64,000 nucleotides of DNA from Macrostomum lignano (taxonomy: Eukaryota): the NCBI GenBank assembly GCA_002269645.1, contig NIVC01000128.1:62001-126000 (forward strand). Direction: 5' to 3'. The notes beneath the pieces are model-generated. The model was not told where the DNA came from. It saw nothing but the letters and a program-made list of their open reading frames with translations, and ran no database searches. This document shows positions 23,311 to 36,143 of the stretch, in pieces (position 1 is the stretch's first letter; each line of letters starts with the position of its first letter). The position numbers and the translations under genes were made by a program.

Positions 23311-25024
23311 GGGAGTACGACGTTTGCTTGCGGGAAGTTTGCTTGCCGAGCTTTGCTTGCCGAATTTTGCTTGCCGAACTTTGCTTGCCGAACTTTGCTT
23401 GCAGGAAATTTGCTTGCAGTAATTTTGCTTGCCGAAGTTTGCTTGCAGGAAATTTGCTTGCCGTAATTTTGCTTGCCGAAGTTTGCTTGCAGGAAATTTG
23501 CTTGCAGTAATTTTGCTTGCCGAAGTTTGCTTGCAGGAAATTTGCTTGCAGTAATTTTGCTTGCCGAACTTTGCTTGCAGGAAATTTGCTTGCAGTAATT
23601 TTGCTTGCCGAACTTTGCTTGCAGGAAATTTGCTTGCCGTAATTTTGCTTGCCGAAGTTTGCTTGCAGGAAATTTGCTTGCAGTAATTTTGCTTGCCGAA
23701 CTTTGCTTGCAGGAAATTTGCTTGCAGTAATTTTGCTTGCCGAACTTTGCTTGCAGGAAATTTGCTTGCAGTAATTTTGCTTGCCGAACTTTGCTTGCAG
23801 GAAATTTGCTTGCAGTAATTTTGCTTGCCGAACTTTGCTTGCAGGAAATTTGCTTGCAGTAATTTTGCTTGCCGAACTTTGCTTGCAGGAAATTTGCTTG
23901 CAGTAATTTTGCTTGCCGAACTTTGCTTGCGGAATTTTGATGTCTGCCTCCTAGAAATTCGCAATCACAATTGCAAGATGTTAACTTGCCGAATTATTTT
24001 CTTGTTTGCTTGCTTGTTTTGATTGCTTGTGAAGTTGGTCAGTCAATTATTACTTACTACAGTCTACAGATGCTTTGCTTTGCAAGTGGATTCTTATCAG
24101 CGTCGACGTAAACTGACTTGACACTAAGCTTTCACACTAGGCTTATAGAGTTTCATTCTAAGAATTTAGTATATATAGAATGATTAGAGATTTAGTATAG
24201 GTAGATAGGGATCGGTAACAGTATAAATCTGTAGTTCCTGATTTCAGCACGATTGAGCAGGTATGATAATTGTAGTGATGCTAATGTATAAAAATGCATG
24301 TGCTAATAATAATCAGTATATAAACTGTAAACGCACTTGGACTAGCGGATTTGCACGAGTACTAGTGTCGTGTACTTGTCACCGAGGAACAAAAGTTAAA
24401 TAGAACCGAAAGTTTCGTTGAGTTTCGAAAGTTTCTGCGTTAGGGCTAAAATCATAACACTATAAGCGACTTCCACGAATCTTAGGGCCTTTTCATATTG
24501 CTTGTTCTGGTTCCAGAACCAGAACCAATTTGTGAAGTATAACTTTTTGTCTCCATAACTAGAGGGAGATACGCGCTATAAAGTTTTTATTATTGAATGA
24601 CAATCGCCAAGAAGAAAGTGAAAAATTGTGCTAAGTGAGGCAGTCAAACATTCAACAGAATTAAATAGTTATACTGCTTTTTTCTTGGAAGATCCGAACC
24701 GATTCTGATTCTGGAATTGGTAATATGAAAAGGCCCCTAGAAAATGAAAATTAGAAATACAAGAGCTCAAAAATAGGTTCTTTAAGATTCCGCAAGAAAG
24801 CTTTGCCTGGCAAACCTCGGCAAGCAAAATTTCTGCAAGCAAATTTCGGCAAGCAAAGTTCGGCAAGCAAAGCTCGGCAAGCAAAGCTCGGCAAGCAGAC
24901 TTCGGCAGGCGAAAATCCGCAAGCAAAGTTCGGCAAGCAAAGTTCGTCAAGCAGACTTCGGAAAGCAAATTTCCGCAAGCAAACTTCGGCAAGCAAACTT
25001 CTCGCAAGCAAATTTCATAGACCC
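23311..25024. mobile_element. Mutator/foldback-like element with GGG...CCC termini and inverted arrays of ~15-bp subterminal repeats
   Basis: Left gggagtacgacgtttgcttgcgggaagtttgcttgccga matches the reverse complement of the right end (gggtctatgaaatttgcttgcgagaagtttgcttgccga). (tttgcttgc..)n at 23322-23935 and the inverse (gcaagcaaa..)n at 24790-25012. Confidence 0.75.
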
Positions 25025-26100
25025 CAACCAGCTGAAGCAGCAAGCGCTGCTGTTGGCTCCGATCCTGGCGTTCACCGACAGAGCGAGTCGGGCTCCGAAT
25101 TTATCTTGGACACCGACGCGAGTGACTACGCAATCAGCGCGGTGCTCTCGCAAGTGCAGGCGGGCGAAGAGCGGGTCGAAGAGCAGCGCCGCGTCGCCTA
25201 CGCCAGCTGCGGCCAGATGGCTGCAGCTGCTCGATGAGTTCAACTTCAAGGTCGTCTTTCGCCGAGGCCGCCAACACGGCACCGCAGATGCCCTCTCTTG
25301 ACGAGAGCAAAACTGCACCAGCCAGGGTCGAGTCTGTCGGCCAGGGACGACTGCGGTGGCGGCAGTCGAGACTTCAACAGCCGCCTGTCAGACAGAACCG
25401 ATTGTCAAGGCGCCGGTGCCAACTGCGGCGGCTGCCGACCGGATCGACGCAGCCGAATTCAACTCCGTGCAAGCAAACGCAGCAAAATCAGCGCCTGCCA
25501 CCTCTGCGGCTGCCCAGACCAACGCCGGGCCAGAACTACAGGGTGCTTCAAGACGGAAGCAGTAGCTACAACCGCGGCGAGGACGAAATCAGCGACGAGG
25601 CCGTTCTGGAGGGCGAGGCGCTTCCGATATGCCTCAGTCACTGTGTGAACTGCAGCTCCGATCCAGACATCGGCCCGGTACGGTTTCGCCTGCTTTCCAG
25701 CGGGCCAAGACACCGAGTCAGCGTCGAGCTTCGCTGCAGAGTGGATTCCCTATGCAGCGCGTGGGCATCGACACGGTCAAGGTAGGACGGACTGTCACGG
25801 CGGGGCAACGATCGGCGGCTCACCATTGTCGACAACTTCACCAACTGGGTCGAACTGGTGCCAATTCCCGACAAGAAAAAGCGGCCACACCAACGCCAAG
25901 GCCCAGTTCGACAACTGGGTAACGCGTTTCGGAGCCCCGCACGTTCTGCACTCCTACCATGGGAAGGCCGTGGACGGCAAGGTCATCAGGAGCCTAGCTT
26001 GTGCCGGCTGCTGGAGATTCAGAAGACGCGGACATCCGGCTACCATCCGCAGTGCTACGGCCTAGTAGAAATTAGGTTCCACCGCACCCTGCACTTTTGA
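25025..26100 (+). mobile_element. Decayed Ty3/Gypsy pol (RT connection, RNase H, integrase)
   Basis: ALLLAPILAFTD, FILDTDASDYAISAVLSQ, VAYAS, RWLQLLDEFNFKVVFRRGRQHGTADALS, FPMQRVGIDTV, VDNFTNW, WVTRFGAP and KTRTSGYHPQ, spread over shifting frames. Confidence 0.92.
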
Positions 26101-26190
26101 TGCTCCGCTGCCACGGAGCATTTTTTATCTTATAAAGTCAATCTCTTCGAATGTGTCAATTTTCAGCGCAATCGGGACATTGTTTTTTCG

Positions 26191-26640
26191 TGAGGAGGAG
26201 TGTGTACACCCTATTTTCGTAATTTAAAATGGTGTCACCCGTGGCGGGGTTGAGTAAAGCAAAGTAATCGGATCACAATGTATTAATACTCATATATTAT
26301 CTTTTCGCTCGGTACTTATATTCGTAATTTATATCAGTTGAATTGCATCCCCTAGTAACTCCATGCAGTGAGTCCAATAAATGCTGAATCATGGTACGAA
26401 CTGTAACTTTTTATGCCTTAGAGTGTGCCTTGTAAGCATGGTGAGCTGTGAAAGCGCGTGATTGGGCGGTAAAGGCTCAAAGTTAAATTCGATGGACATC
26501 CAAGTTGCCTCTGTTTCTGCTACAGTTAAAAGGTGTGAAAATTACCATATTTAGTGCGACTTCTACTTTTCTATCGACTTGTGATACTCAGGCATTGCAT
26601 AGTATATCTAAAATTTTAGGATAAGGGATAATCTCAGTTA
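26191..26640 (+). mobile_element. Polypurine tract and probable 3' LTR start of the Gypsy element (right end uncertain)
   Basis: gaggaggag immediately followed by TGTGTACA at 26201, about 100 bp after the integrase remnant; aataaa at ~26376. Confidence 0.5.
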
Positions 26641-28179
26641 GTCAGATCACTGCTGTTAAAGGCTAAAATGCAGTTTTTTGTTAAAATGAATGAATGCAAA
26701 ATAATTTCTTCGAAATTAAAAAGGGCTCTAGTCTAATTTATTTTTTAGTTATTGATAGTCTGCTACATCTCCACATAGATTTGTCAAGCTTAACAAGATT
26801 TTATAGCTTTTGCTATAATTTTTGTTAGTAGCTTTAGTTCTAATCCTAATATTTGGGCTAAATTGGTAGGTTCCACAAAAGTTAGCAAAAGTGTTAGCGC
26901 AGCTAGAGGGTCTTGATGGTAATGACAATATCGAATAGGCCTATGGCAATAGACACATGGCCACTTTTCTCGTCTTTTGTTATATGTTTGTACTTTCTAT
27001 AATTGTTAGGCCTATGAAATTAGGTCTAAATTAGACCGTAGGCCAGGGCTAGCTGCGTGTAGGCCTGAGCATAGGGCATAGGGCTTAATAAAATGCTTTA
27101 AGTTGATCATGATGAATCAGTGCTGCACTTCCACCAGTTTTTTCTGGTTGGATTCTCTGCTTATAGGCTCCCTCAGGCTGTTAACAGCCTTGCAGGTTAT
27201 TGAGCCAGTTGCAGTCAGTCTTTGTGTAGCTGCTCTGATATAAAATAATGAGATATATACAGATACTTTGATCTTATCTGAACCATCTGGCTTTTTAAAA
27301 AGCCTCTTGGAATGATCTTTCATAATATCTGAGCCTTCTTTGGCTATGATGGATTTTTTATAAAACTCAACTAAATTATTATATTAATTAAGGCCTTGCC
27401 TTGCCCTTAGTAATACTATTTTTTACTAAAATAGACCTATTAATAGGCCTATATGTCTATTTTTGATTAGCAGGCTAGTTAACCTTGGTCTAATATGTAT
27501 TAGTTTAATGATCATATAGGTATAACTACTAGCCAATTTATTTTTAGCCAAAATAAATTTTTGGATCCTAGGCCCATTCATTTTGTCAATTGCCATTTTG
27601 TCAACTTGGAAAGATAGAGAAGTCTTGCACCTAATTGTTTTTTTAATTGTGAATATGTAAGGTCTAAATGACAGATGTACACAAATTTGGCAACAAACAA
27701 ATTCAGAGACAAAAATTTAACACACAAATTCAGCAAAAACAAATTTGGCAACATGTCTTTTTGTAAATTGTAGCTAAAGACAAGTTAAAACAAATTACAC
27801 GTAATAAAGGCTTTCTTGAAATACTTGTGAAAGTTTAAAAATATAAAAAATTGCCACATTAAGCGTGTTAAAATAGGCCTAACCAAAAAGTGTGTTGTTA
27901 AATTGGACATCTTGCATATTTGAGAATGTGGTACATATACATAGTGCATGGGGACCACTTGACATTTTTTAATTTTGTCATTTTTCTTTGCATGGCATAT
28001 TTTTTGCAAATCCCTTTCCCCAACATTGTAGCCTTATTACTATATTAGGCATACAAGAAAATCATTTTTCTTGTTTTTTCTAAGGCTCAAAGGTCTTTGC
28101 TTATTATGAGGCCATCTAGCCCAACCTAAATTAAGGAACATTTCTTGGAAAGGATTTTCAAAACTCATAAGGATAAATT

Positions 28180-31095
28180 CATACATGCGCAACTGCTGGC
28201 CGACCTGGCCGATCCGGCCACCGTAAATCGTGGCTGACCAGGGGTAAGTCGCAAAATTGAGTCAACCAAAAACAGAAAAACACAAGAACCAAGAAAGGCA
28301 AGAGGAAAGCGAAAGAAAGAGCAGTTCAGGGAAAATCGTGAAGCAAAAGAAAAACAATTCGCAAAAGAAGCAAACTAAGTTGTAAAAATAATCAGGTAAG
28401 TCGCAAAAAGGATCAGGTAAGTCGCAACAGGAATCAGGTAAGTCGCAAAAGGGTTAGGTAAGTCGCAAAAAGGATTAGGTAAGTCGCAAAAAGGATTAGG
28501 TAAGTCGCAAAAAGAATCAGGTAAGTCGCAAAAGGATCAGGTAAGTCGCAAAAGGATCAGGTAAGTCGCAAAAGGATCAGGTAAGTCGCAAAAGGGTTAG
28601 GTAAGTCGCAAAAGGGTTAGGTAAGTCGCAAAAGGGTTAGGTAAGTCGCAAAAAGGATTAGGTAAGTCGCAAAAAGGATTAGGTAAGTCGCAAAAAGGAT
28701 TAGGTAAGTCGCAAAAAGAATCAGGTAAGTCGCAAAAGGATCAGGTAAGTCGCAAAAGGATCAGGTAAGTCGCAAAAGGATCAGGTAAGTCGCAAAAGGG
28801 TTAGGTAAGTCGCAAAAGGGTTAGGTAAGTCGCAAAAGGGTTAGGTAAGTCGCAAAAGGATCAGCTAAGTCGCAAAAGGATTAGGTAAGTCGCAAAAAGG
28901 ATTAGGTAAGTCGCAAAAAGGATTAGGTAAGTCACAAAGGGTTAGGTAAGTCGCAAAAGGATTAAGTAAGTCGCAAAAAGGATTAGGTAAGTCGCAAAAA
29001 GGATTAGGTAAGTCACAAAGGGTTAGGTAAGTCGCAAAAAGGATTAGCTAAGTCACAAAGGGTTAGGTAAGTCGCAAAAAGGATTAGGTAAGTCGCAAAA
29101 AGGATTAAGTAAGTCGCAAAAAGGATTAGGTAAGTCGCAAAAGGGTTAGGTAAGTCGCAAAAGGATTAGGTAAGTCGCAAAAAGGATTAAGTAAGTCGCA
29201 AAAAGGATTAGGTAAGTCGCAAAAAGGATTAGGTAAGTCACAAAGGGTTAGGTAAGTCGCAAAGGGTTAGGTAAGTCGCAAAAGGATTAAGTAAGTCGCA
29301 AAAAGGATTAAGTAAGTCGCAAAAAGGATTAGGTAAGTCGCAAAAAGGATTAGGTAAGTCGCAAAAAGGATTAGGTAAGTCACAAAGGGTTAGGTAAGTC
29401 GCAAAGGGTTAGGTAAGTCGCAAAAGGATTAAGTAAGTCGCAAAAAGGATTAAGTAAGTCGCAAAAAGGATTAGGTAAGTCGCAAAAGGGTTAGGTAAGT
29501 CGCAAAAGGATTAGGTAAGTCGCAAAAAGGATTAAGTAAGTCGCAAAAAGGATTAGGTAAGTCGCAAAAAGAAGCAACTAAGTCGCAATAAGAGGGAAGT
29601 AAGTCACAATCAGAGGCAATCAGGGGGTAGTAGGTGCAAGTGTGGCAGGAGAGCAAAAACAGAATAGAAGCCTTCAACCACAGACAAGATCTTTGAAATC
29701 AGAAGCCCGCGTCATTTCTTAAACTCTGGAGCAGGGGTTGGCAAACTCCGGCTCGCGAAGCCCCTCTATCTGGCCCTCGCCCTCGGGTTCTTTGAAACTT
29801 CCTAACTACGAGTAGCAAGGTTGGTGTCTCTTCAACTCTCATCTCTCTCTTCTTCTCTACCTTGCCTCCCCTCTTCTCTCTCTCCCCCCTTTTCCCTCTT
29901 CTCTCTCCTCTCATTTTTACTCTCCTCTCTTCTCCCCCTTTCTCTCTACCCTTTCTCCTCAATGCCCTCTTCTCTCCTCTTATCTTCAGCAAAAATATGT
30001 GCATATTTTCTTACTTCAAAGTAGAGGGAATAGAAGATTAGAGATAAGCAAACAGAGGAGAGGCGAGCGATGCGATGGGAGAAAAGATAGAAGAGGAGAG
30101 AAAAGCTGAGGGAAGAAAAAGAGATGAGAGAGAAGAGGAGATGAGAAAAAAAAGAGGAAAGAAAAGATGATGGATAAGATCAGAAGAGAGGAAAGAGGAA
30201 AGAGGAGAGAGTAGATGAGAGAAGAGAGGATAAAGAGGAGATAAGAGGAGAGTGAAGAGAGGAGAGATGAGAGAGTAGAAAAGAGAGGAGAGATAATGAG
30301 AGAGTAGAGTGGAGAGAGACGAGAGGGAAGATAAGATGAGAGAGTAGAGTAGAGTGGAATGGAGAGAGATGAGAGGAGAGATAAGAATGTAGAGAGGAGA
30401 CAGAAGAGATAGGAGAGGAGAGGAAAGAGAGGAGAGAGGAGAGGAAAGAGAGAAGGGATAAGGGATGAGAGAGAAAAGAAAAAGAGGATGAGAAGATTGA
30501 GGAATGGAGAGAATTTGCAAAGGCCTCAAATCTTAGTTTAACATGCATTACTCCCATCTTTGCCTTTTTCCTAACTGTTAACAAGTTTTTGTTTGAGCAT
30601 GACTTCAAATTTAGAATCTATGCAAAAATAGTTCCGGGAATTAGAATTCAGTGGTTTAAAAATCTGTGGGTTTTCACAGCTTGTATCTCTACTGGATTCG
30701 TATTCTGCATCTGATGAGCCATCTGAATCAGGGCTCTCATCTTCCATGCCAAATCGTCTAGCGAATCGTTCTTGAGCTATAGGTCACACTGTATTCACTT
30801 CACTTACTTCTGGACATTCATGAATCATGACTTTTGTAGTATGCTCACTACACTGTACTGACAATTTACTAATTGCTTCATGCCGCCACTAGATGACATA
30901 CTGATTAGCTGTTAAAAACGCGGAATCTGCACGCAGCACTAATTAGCTGGCGAGGCATATAGCTTTAAAAATATGGTCATAGTTACTCCTGCCGTTTACC
31001 TAAAGTTTTTGCTTGGCTCTTTCATAGGTAAGTCGCATTTTTTATCGAAAACTAAGTCGCACGGCCAGCGTAATTTCAGAAGTTGCGCATGTATG
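28180..31095. mobile_element. Non-autonomous TIR DNA transposon, copy A (15-bp TIR catacatgcgcaact)
   Basis: Perfect 15-bp TIRs; flanks aggataaat(t) / aggataaat(g). Interior: 20-21-bp array, CT-rich and GA-rich tracts, and an acidic coding remnant on the minus strand (MEDESPDSDGSSDAEYESS). Confidence 0.9.
28393..29570. repeat. 20-21-bp tandem repeat (ggtaagtcgcaaaaaggatta), ~55 copies
   Basis: Directly visible; a second array of ~26 copies lies at 32350-32905. Confidence 0.95.
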
Positions 31096-32110
31096 AGGAT
31101 AAATGATAGATAAAACAAATTCAATTAAAAGGGAAAGCTAATATGTATTGAAGAATACCATTGTAGTAAAGAAATTATCCAAATTATCCATAATATTTTT
31201 GGTTAATTAATTTTCGCCAAATTTGCCTAGATTGTCATTGAATGTGCTTTTGCCAAATTGGTCCATTGTGAATCTCTGCTGCCAAATTAGTTTGTTGCCA
31301 AATTGGTCAGCACTCTAAATGACTAGTTATTTTTTAAACTGCTAATGCTATAGAAGGTCAATAGACTTTATAGACATTACATACAAAGATATTTTTCTAC
31401 AAAATAATCAAAGTGGCTATATTTTTAGTTTTCAAATTTATCTACTAGAGCTTTGTATAAGACTACCTAGGATTATTAAAAGAAAGACAAAAATTCACAC
31501 TTATCTTAATGAAGTCTATATGTTGTATGCAAATACAAATTGTATATGGGACTTAAATCCAAGGGCAAAAAAGTATAGAGCTATATAGAAAACTTAAACC
31601 AAAGCTTTATTTAAATTTAAAAACAATTTGGCCATTTTTTATAAATATAAGCCTTTTAAAAGCTATAGTTTGGATTTTGTACTTGTATTAGTATACGCCA
31701 GGTTTAATACTGGAAAAAATGACAAGACCTTGTTTGTACATTGGCTTGATATGCCAATGCAAAAAATTGTCATTTGACACAATGTATCTGCTGTCATGTA
31801 CATTGGGATAGATCCTGATGTACGCTGATAAATGGTAAGACCCTTGTATGCCAAGAAATCCTAGCATACATTGCTTTACAAACGGTTATAAGGCAATGGC
31901 TATGTAGGCCCTATAGTAGATAATTTTGTCTCAAAATCAATGATATTTGAGCATTATATTTTAAAATTTGTTTAACTTGCAAATATAACATTTTATCTTC
32001 TATTTTAAACAAAGTCTTATTAAAAAACAAGCATAAATTCAATTCAAACACTGTAAGAAATCTTAGCACTTGTAGAAATTCAATTGAAACAAAGACCCTT
32101 TCTATTAAAC

Positions 32111-34454
32111 CATACATGCGCAACTGCTGGCCGAGCTGGCCGATCCGGCCACTGTAAATTGTGGTGGACCAGGGTAAGTCGCAAAATTGAGTTGACCAAA
32201 AACGAAAAAATGCAAGAGGAAAGAGCAATATAGGGAAGTAAAATGGTGAAGCAAAAGAAAAACAAGTTGCAGCAGAAGCAAATTAAGTTGCACAAATGAT
32301 TAGGTAAGTCGCAAAAGGAGCAACTAAGTTGCAAAAAGGATTCGGTCAAGTCGCAAAAAGGATTAGGTAAGTCGCAAAAGGATTAGGTAAGTCGCAAAAG
32401 GGTTAGGTAAGTCGCAAAAAGGATTAGGTAAGTCGCAAAAGGAGCAACTAAGTCGCAAAAAGGATTAGGTCAAGTCGCAAAAAGATTAGGTAAGTCGCAA
32501 AAAGGATTAGGTAAGTCGCAAAAGGATTAGGTAAGTCGCAAAAGGATTAGGTAAGTCGCAAAAAGGATTAGGTAAGTCGCAAAAAGGATTAGGTAAGTCG
32601 CAAAAGGATTAGGTAAGTCGCAAAAGGGTTAGGTAAGTCGCAAAAGGAGCAACTAAGTCGCAAAAAGGATTAGGTCAAGTCGCAAAAAGATTAGGTAAGT
32701 CGCAAAAAGGATTAGGTAAGTCGCAAAAAGGATTAGGTAAGTCGCAAAAGGGTTAGGTAAGTCGCAAAAGGAGCAACTAAGTCGCAAAAAGGATTAGGTC
32801 AAGTCGCAAAAAGATTAGGTAAGTCGCAAAAAGGATTAGGTAAGTCGCAAAAAGGATTAGGTAAGTCGCAAAAGGGTTAGGTAAGTCGCAAAAGGAGCAA
32901 CTAAGTCGCAATAAGAGGGAAGTAAGTCACAATCAGAGGCGATCAAGGGGTAGTAGGTGCACGTGTGGCAGGAGAGCAAAAAAAAACAGAATAGAAGCCT
33001 TCAACCACAGACAAGATCTTTGAAATCAGCAGCCTATGTCAACAGTTTCCCATTGATTTCTTTAACTCCGGAGCAGGGGTCGGCAAAGTCCAGCTCGCGA
33101 AGCCCCTCTATCTGGCCCTCGCCCCTCGGGTTCTTTGAAACTTTCTAACTAGCAAGGTTGGTGTCTCTTCAACTCTCATCTCTTTCTTCTTCTCTACCTT
33201 GCCTCCCCTCTTCTCTCTCTCTCCCTTTTCCCTCTTCTCTCTCCTTTCATTTTTACTCTCCTTTCTTCTCCCCTCTCCTTTCTCCCCTTTTCTCTCTACC
33301 CTTTCTCCTCAATGCCCTCTTCTCTCCTCTTATCTTCAGCAAAAATGTGTGCATATTTTCTTACTTCAAAGTAGAGGGAATAGAAGATTGGAGATAAGCA
33401 AACAGAGGAGAGGCGAGCGATGCAATGGGAGAAAAGATAGAAGATGAGAGAAAAGCTGAGGGAGGAGATAGATGAGAGAGATGAGAGGAAAGAGGAAAGA
33501 TATGATGATGGATGAGATCAGAAAAGAGAGGAAAGAGGAAAGAGGAGAGAAGAAAGGAGATAAGAGAGTAGACGAGAGAAGAGAGGATAAGGAGGAGATA
33601 AGAGGAGAGTGAAGAGAGGAGAGATAAGAGAGTAGAGAAGAGAGGAGAGATGAGATGAGAGAGTTGAGTGGAGAGAGACAAGAGGAGAGATAAGATGAGA
33701 GAGTAGAGTGAAGTGGAGAGAGACGAGAGGAGAGATAAGAATGTAGACAGGAGACAGAAGAGATAAGAGAGGAGGAAAGAGAGGAGAGAGGAGAGGAAAG
33801 AGAGAAGGGATGAGGGATGAGAGAGAAAAGAAAAAGAGGATGAGAAGATTGAGGAAAGGAGAGAATTTGCAAAGGCCTCAAATCTTAATTTAACATGCAT
33901 TTACTCCCATCCTTGTTTGCCTTTTTCCTAACTGTTAACAAGTTTTTGTTTGAGCATGACTTCAAATTTAAGAATCTATGCAAAATAGTTCCGGGAATTG
34001 GAATTCAGTGGTTTAAAAATCTGTGGGTTTTCACAGCTTGTATCTCTACTGGATTTGTATTCTGCATCTGATGAGCCATCTGAATCAGGGCTCTCATCTT
34101 CCATGCCAAATCGTCTAGCAAGTGAAATTATTCTTGAGCTATAGGCCACACTGTATTCACTTCACTTACCTCTAGACATTCATGAATCATGACTTTTGTC
34201 ATTACATGTCTTTACTCATTGTCATCATTACTATTTGCCTCAGGCCGCCACTATGATATACTGATTAGCTGTAATAAAAACCGCGAAATCTGCACTAATT
34301 AGCTGGCGAGGCATGTAGCCTTTAAAATATGGTCATAGTTACTCCTGCCGTTTACCCACAATTCTTTGTTTAGCTTTCTTACATACGTAAGTCGCATTTT
34401 TGATCGAAAACTAAGTCGCACGGCCAGCGTAATTTCAGAAGTTGCGCATGTATG
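32111..34454. mobile_element. Non-autonomous TIR DNA transposon, copy B (same family as 28180-31095)
   Basis: Same 15-bp TIRs, flanked by the exact direct repeat attaaac (32104-32110 / 34455-34461); collinear interior. Confidence 0.9.
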
Positions 34455-34891
34455 ATTAAACTATGAACTTTAACTAGACTTTGTTCAAAAAGGTCAATGG
34501 TAGCTCGTATTACTCAGTAGAAAATAACCTTAAAAATTGAGTCAAGTTACTTATTCGACTAGACTGTAAGATATATTTATAGTTTAACCAAAAGGGAGTT
34601 GGGGAATTATACAAAAGAAGTCTTAAGAGTGATGCTATGATCTGTGTGCAGCCGCACTCATTTGGGGCTTGTGCACAAAACTTGGCTGGGGGATGTGGCG
34701 CGATCAACAGTCATGAGAGCCAATCCCCAAGGCACAGAGAGTGTACATGCCTGACCATTAGCAAGCCAGGGCTGCTGTACACTGTGTGTGTGTGTGTGTC
34801 TTACTAGGCCAAGCTGCCTAGCTTTGGAACTGTTTGCTAATGTTTCTTTTCAGCTTTTAATAAGCTCGGGCAAAGGAAAAGTGCATACGAA

Positions 34892-36143
34892 ATGCCTTCT
34901 AGCCAATCAGAGCGTCGCCTGCTGTGGGGCGGCGCCTTTGCTGTCCATCTGCCTAGCAACTGCATTGACGCCAGCGAACTGCGACAGGTGCCCGACAATC
35001 AGGAGGTGTACCTGCATCCGCGACACGATCAGAGTGTCATGCTAGAGCTGTTGGAGCCTCTAGCCGGGTCGGACAGCGTCGAGTCAGCGGCGCGAGAGTT
35101 CTTCACCGACCTGGCCGATGCGAACGGTGGTTCGGCGAGCAGCCGGATTGTTGAATGCCGGTTGCTGTCTAACGAGGCCTGGCCTCTCAGGCAGTTTGCC
35201 TACCTGATTGGCGAGCAGCTCGTGGCCAAGTATAACGAATCGGCTCGCAATCTTGTACAGGTGAGATAGTTTCACCAATAATAAGCACACATCACCCCAT
35301 TATGCACCAGCCACTTTTAACAACCTACCAGCTAATCAAGACATTGGGGAACCTACCAGCTCATTGAGCACATCGGGGAACCTACCAGCTCATTGAGCAC
35401 ATCGGGGAACCTACCAGCTCATTGAGCACATCGGGGAACCTACCAGCTCATTGAGCACATCGGGGAACCTACCAGCTCATTGAGCACATCGGGGAACCTA
35501 CCAGCTAATCAAGACATTGGGGAACCTACCAGCTCATTGAGAACATCGGGGAACCTACCAGCTCATTAAGAACATTGGGGAACCTACCAGCTCATTGAGA
35601 ACATCGGGGAACCTACCAGCTCATTAAGCACATCGGGGAACCTACCAGCTAATCAAGACATTGGGGAACCTACCAGCTTATTGAGCACATCGGGTAACCT
35701 ACCAGCTAATCAAGACATTGGGGAACCTACCAGCTCATTGAGCACATCGGGGAACCTACCAGCTCATTAAGCACCAACCATCTAAGGGCATACATCTAGT
35801 TATTTTTAGTACCGACCTTATCGAACATATTAGTACTGTTAGCTCCTAGATTGAATGGCACCAGCTCATGGAAACTTTACTACGCCATAGCAACCAACTT
35901 GCATCGAGTATCTACTTGCAAAAACAATTATCGACCTCACTCACCCAGATGCACATTCTACTGCACAGACTGGCTGAGCACAGTTGCGACTTGGCTGTCA
36001 CCCTCAACCATCCAATCAGCGTGTGTTCCGAATCATCCAGCTCAAGCCTGTTGGATCCTGAATCCGCCTGGCAACCAGACGAATTGATTAGCAGGATTGC
36101 CGAGTCCTTGGAACTGCTTGATCCAACTATATTCAATGCTTAG
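34892..36143 (+). CDS. MOG1: Ran guanine nucleotide release factor Mog1. Exons 34892-35260, 35949-36143
   Basis: LWGGAF..LP...DASELRQVPDNQEVYLH...DQSVMLELLE, KYNE, and exon 2 MHILLHRL...DLAVTLNHP. Phase-0 intron cag|gtgag...cccag|atg. Confidence 0.92.
35320..35772. repeat. 29-bp tandem repeat, ~15 copies, in the MOG1 intron
   Basis: Unit ggggaacctaccagctcattgagcacatc, period 29. Confidence 0.95.

Noticed and set aside
29699-33900. Leu/Ser-rich and Glu/Arg-rich ORFs
   Set aside because: Translations of CT/GA low-complexity tracts within the transposon copies.
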